Source of the DNA: Vermamoeba vermiformis
Lineage: Eukaryota
Length of the DNA: 51,276 bases
Assembly (NCBI GenBank): GCA_045837725.1
Contig: JBEWZL010000219.1
Location: 248,001 to 299,276, forward strand
Direction of reading: 5' to 3'
The first letter of the stretch is position 1, and every line of letters begins with the position of its first letter. Positions 50,567-51,276 of this stretch are shown piece by piece. The notes beneath the pieces were generated by a model. That model was given only the letters and a program-made list of their open reading frames with translations. It did no database searches and had not been told where the DNA came from. The translations under genes were made by a program, and so were the position numbers.

Positions 50567-51276
50567 ATTGTAAAACTACTTCACAGCCTAAATAAAACTC
50601 CTTAGATTTTCTATTGTAGCCGTATAATAATTTAACTAATTATTGCTAATTTAAAAAAAAATTCAATTTGCCTGCCCCGTGCTTGACCCCGCGTACTTCG
50701 AGCAACACCGCCTGTCAATTGCTCGTGGTTTGAACGTGCTTAAGGGTGTACGAAATCACAGATCTCGAATAGTTAATTTAATTTAATAAAATTAACAAAT
50801 ATTAGTAAAATAAAGTTATAATACGGCTGTGTGTTATAACTGAAATCGAGAATAATTCATGTGCACTTACGCGATAAGATCGTTATTGCACAATTTTTGG
50901 TTTGTTGTGCACCTAGTCTTTCCATTAAAATAGTAGTAATTATTTAATTTTTTAGTGCTCATTCGAATGAGAATGGCGCCACTAAATTTTAATCCACGGG
51001 TGGGCGGATTAAAATCCGTTTTTCAAACGGGAAATAAACGTTCACGAATGAGCGAACGCGTCCACCGTTTTAGCGGACTATAATAGCACTTACCTTGTGC
51101 TGCTAGCTGCAATTTGGTCGTGTAAAAGCTCGAATTTTGCTCCGATCTAATTTTAGAAAAGCACGTGACCGCCACGTGCTTGTGTCACAGAAATTATTTT
51201 CCGCATTTGTTTCATTCTAATTAACCTTAACGTAGTCAACAACACAGTAGGGCCCAAACGTCCGTCGTGTTATTGT

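Larger units (their letters stand above)
48207..51266. mobile_element. Candidate ~3.06-kb segment bounded by a perfect 14-bp inverted repeat, carrying the palindromic array and the NEIL1-like gene
   Basis: GACGGACGTTTGGG (48207-48220) and CCCAAACGTCCGTC (51253-51266). The left copy lies in the intron where the recombinase gene breaks off. Confidence 0.35.

Overview
Eukaryotic, gene-dense, intron-rich DNA with short GT-AG introns and CTAAY-type branch points. The gene content (HRDLAARN receptor tyrosine kinases, a hybrid histidine kinase, GPI-anchored surface proteins) suggests a free-living protist, most plausibly an amoebozoan; this is an inference. Positions 1-46.3 kb hold about 18 host genes: a CPA2 cation/H+ antiporter, a Kelch-BTB protein, a DUF2415-like WD40 protein, an EBP/EXPERA protein, a DOMON copper monooxygenase, two paralogous receptor tyrosine kinases flanking a Cys-rich GPI protein, a myristoylated orphan, an F-box/WD40 protein, a PhyH-like pseudo-dioxygenase, N-carbamoylputrescine amidase, a Ufd2/E4 core fused to a BIRC6-type E2 domain, a small membrane protein, a hybrid His kinase, an ankyrin-CobW fusion and a GPI-anchored GH5 mannanase. 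The last ~4.8 kb look like a mobile-element island. It starts with TTAGGG repeats and a GCGAAGC hairpin, followed by an intron-containing C2H2-zinc-finger/tyrosine-recombinase-like gene that breaks off in an intron. After that comes a segment bounded by a perfect 14-bp inverted repeat, carrying a ~26-unit palindromic array and a NEIL1-like glycosylase gene that lacks the catalytic Pro2. Gene boundaries were spliced by eye and are approximate.
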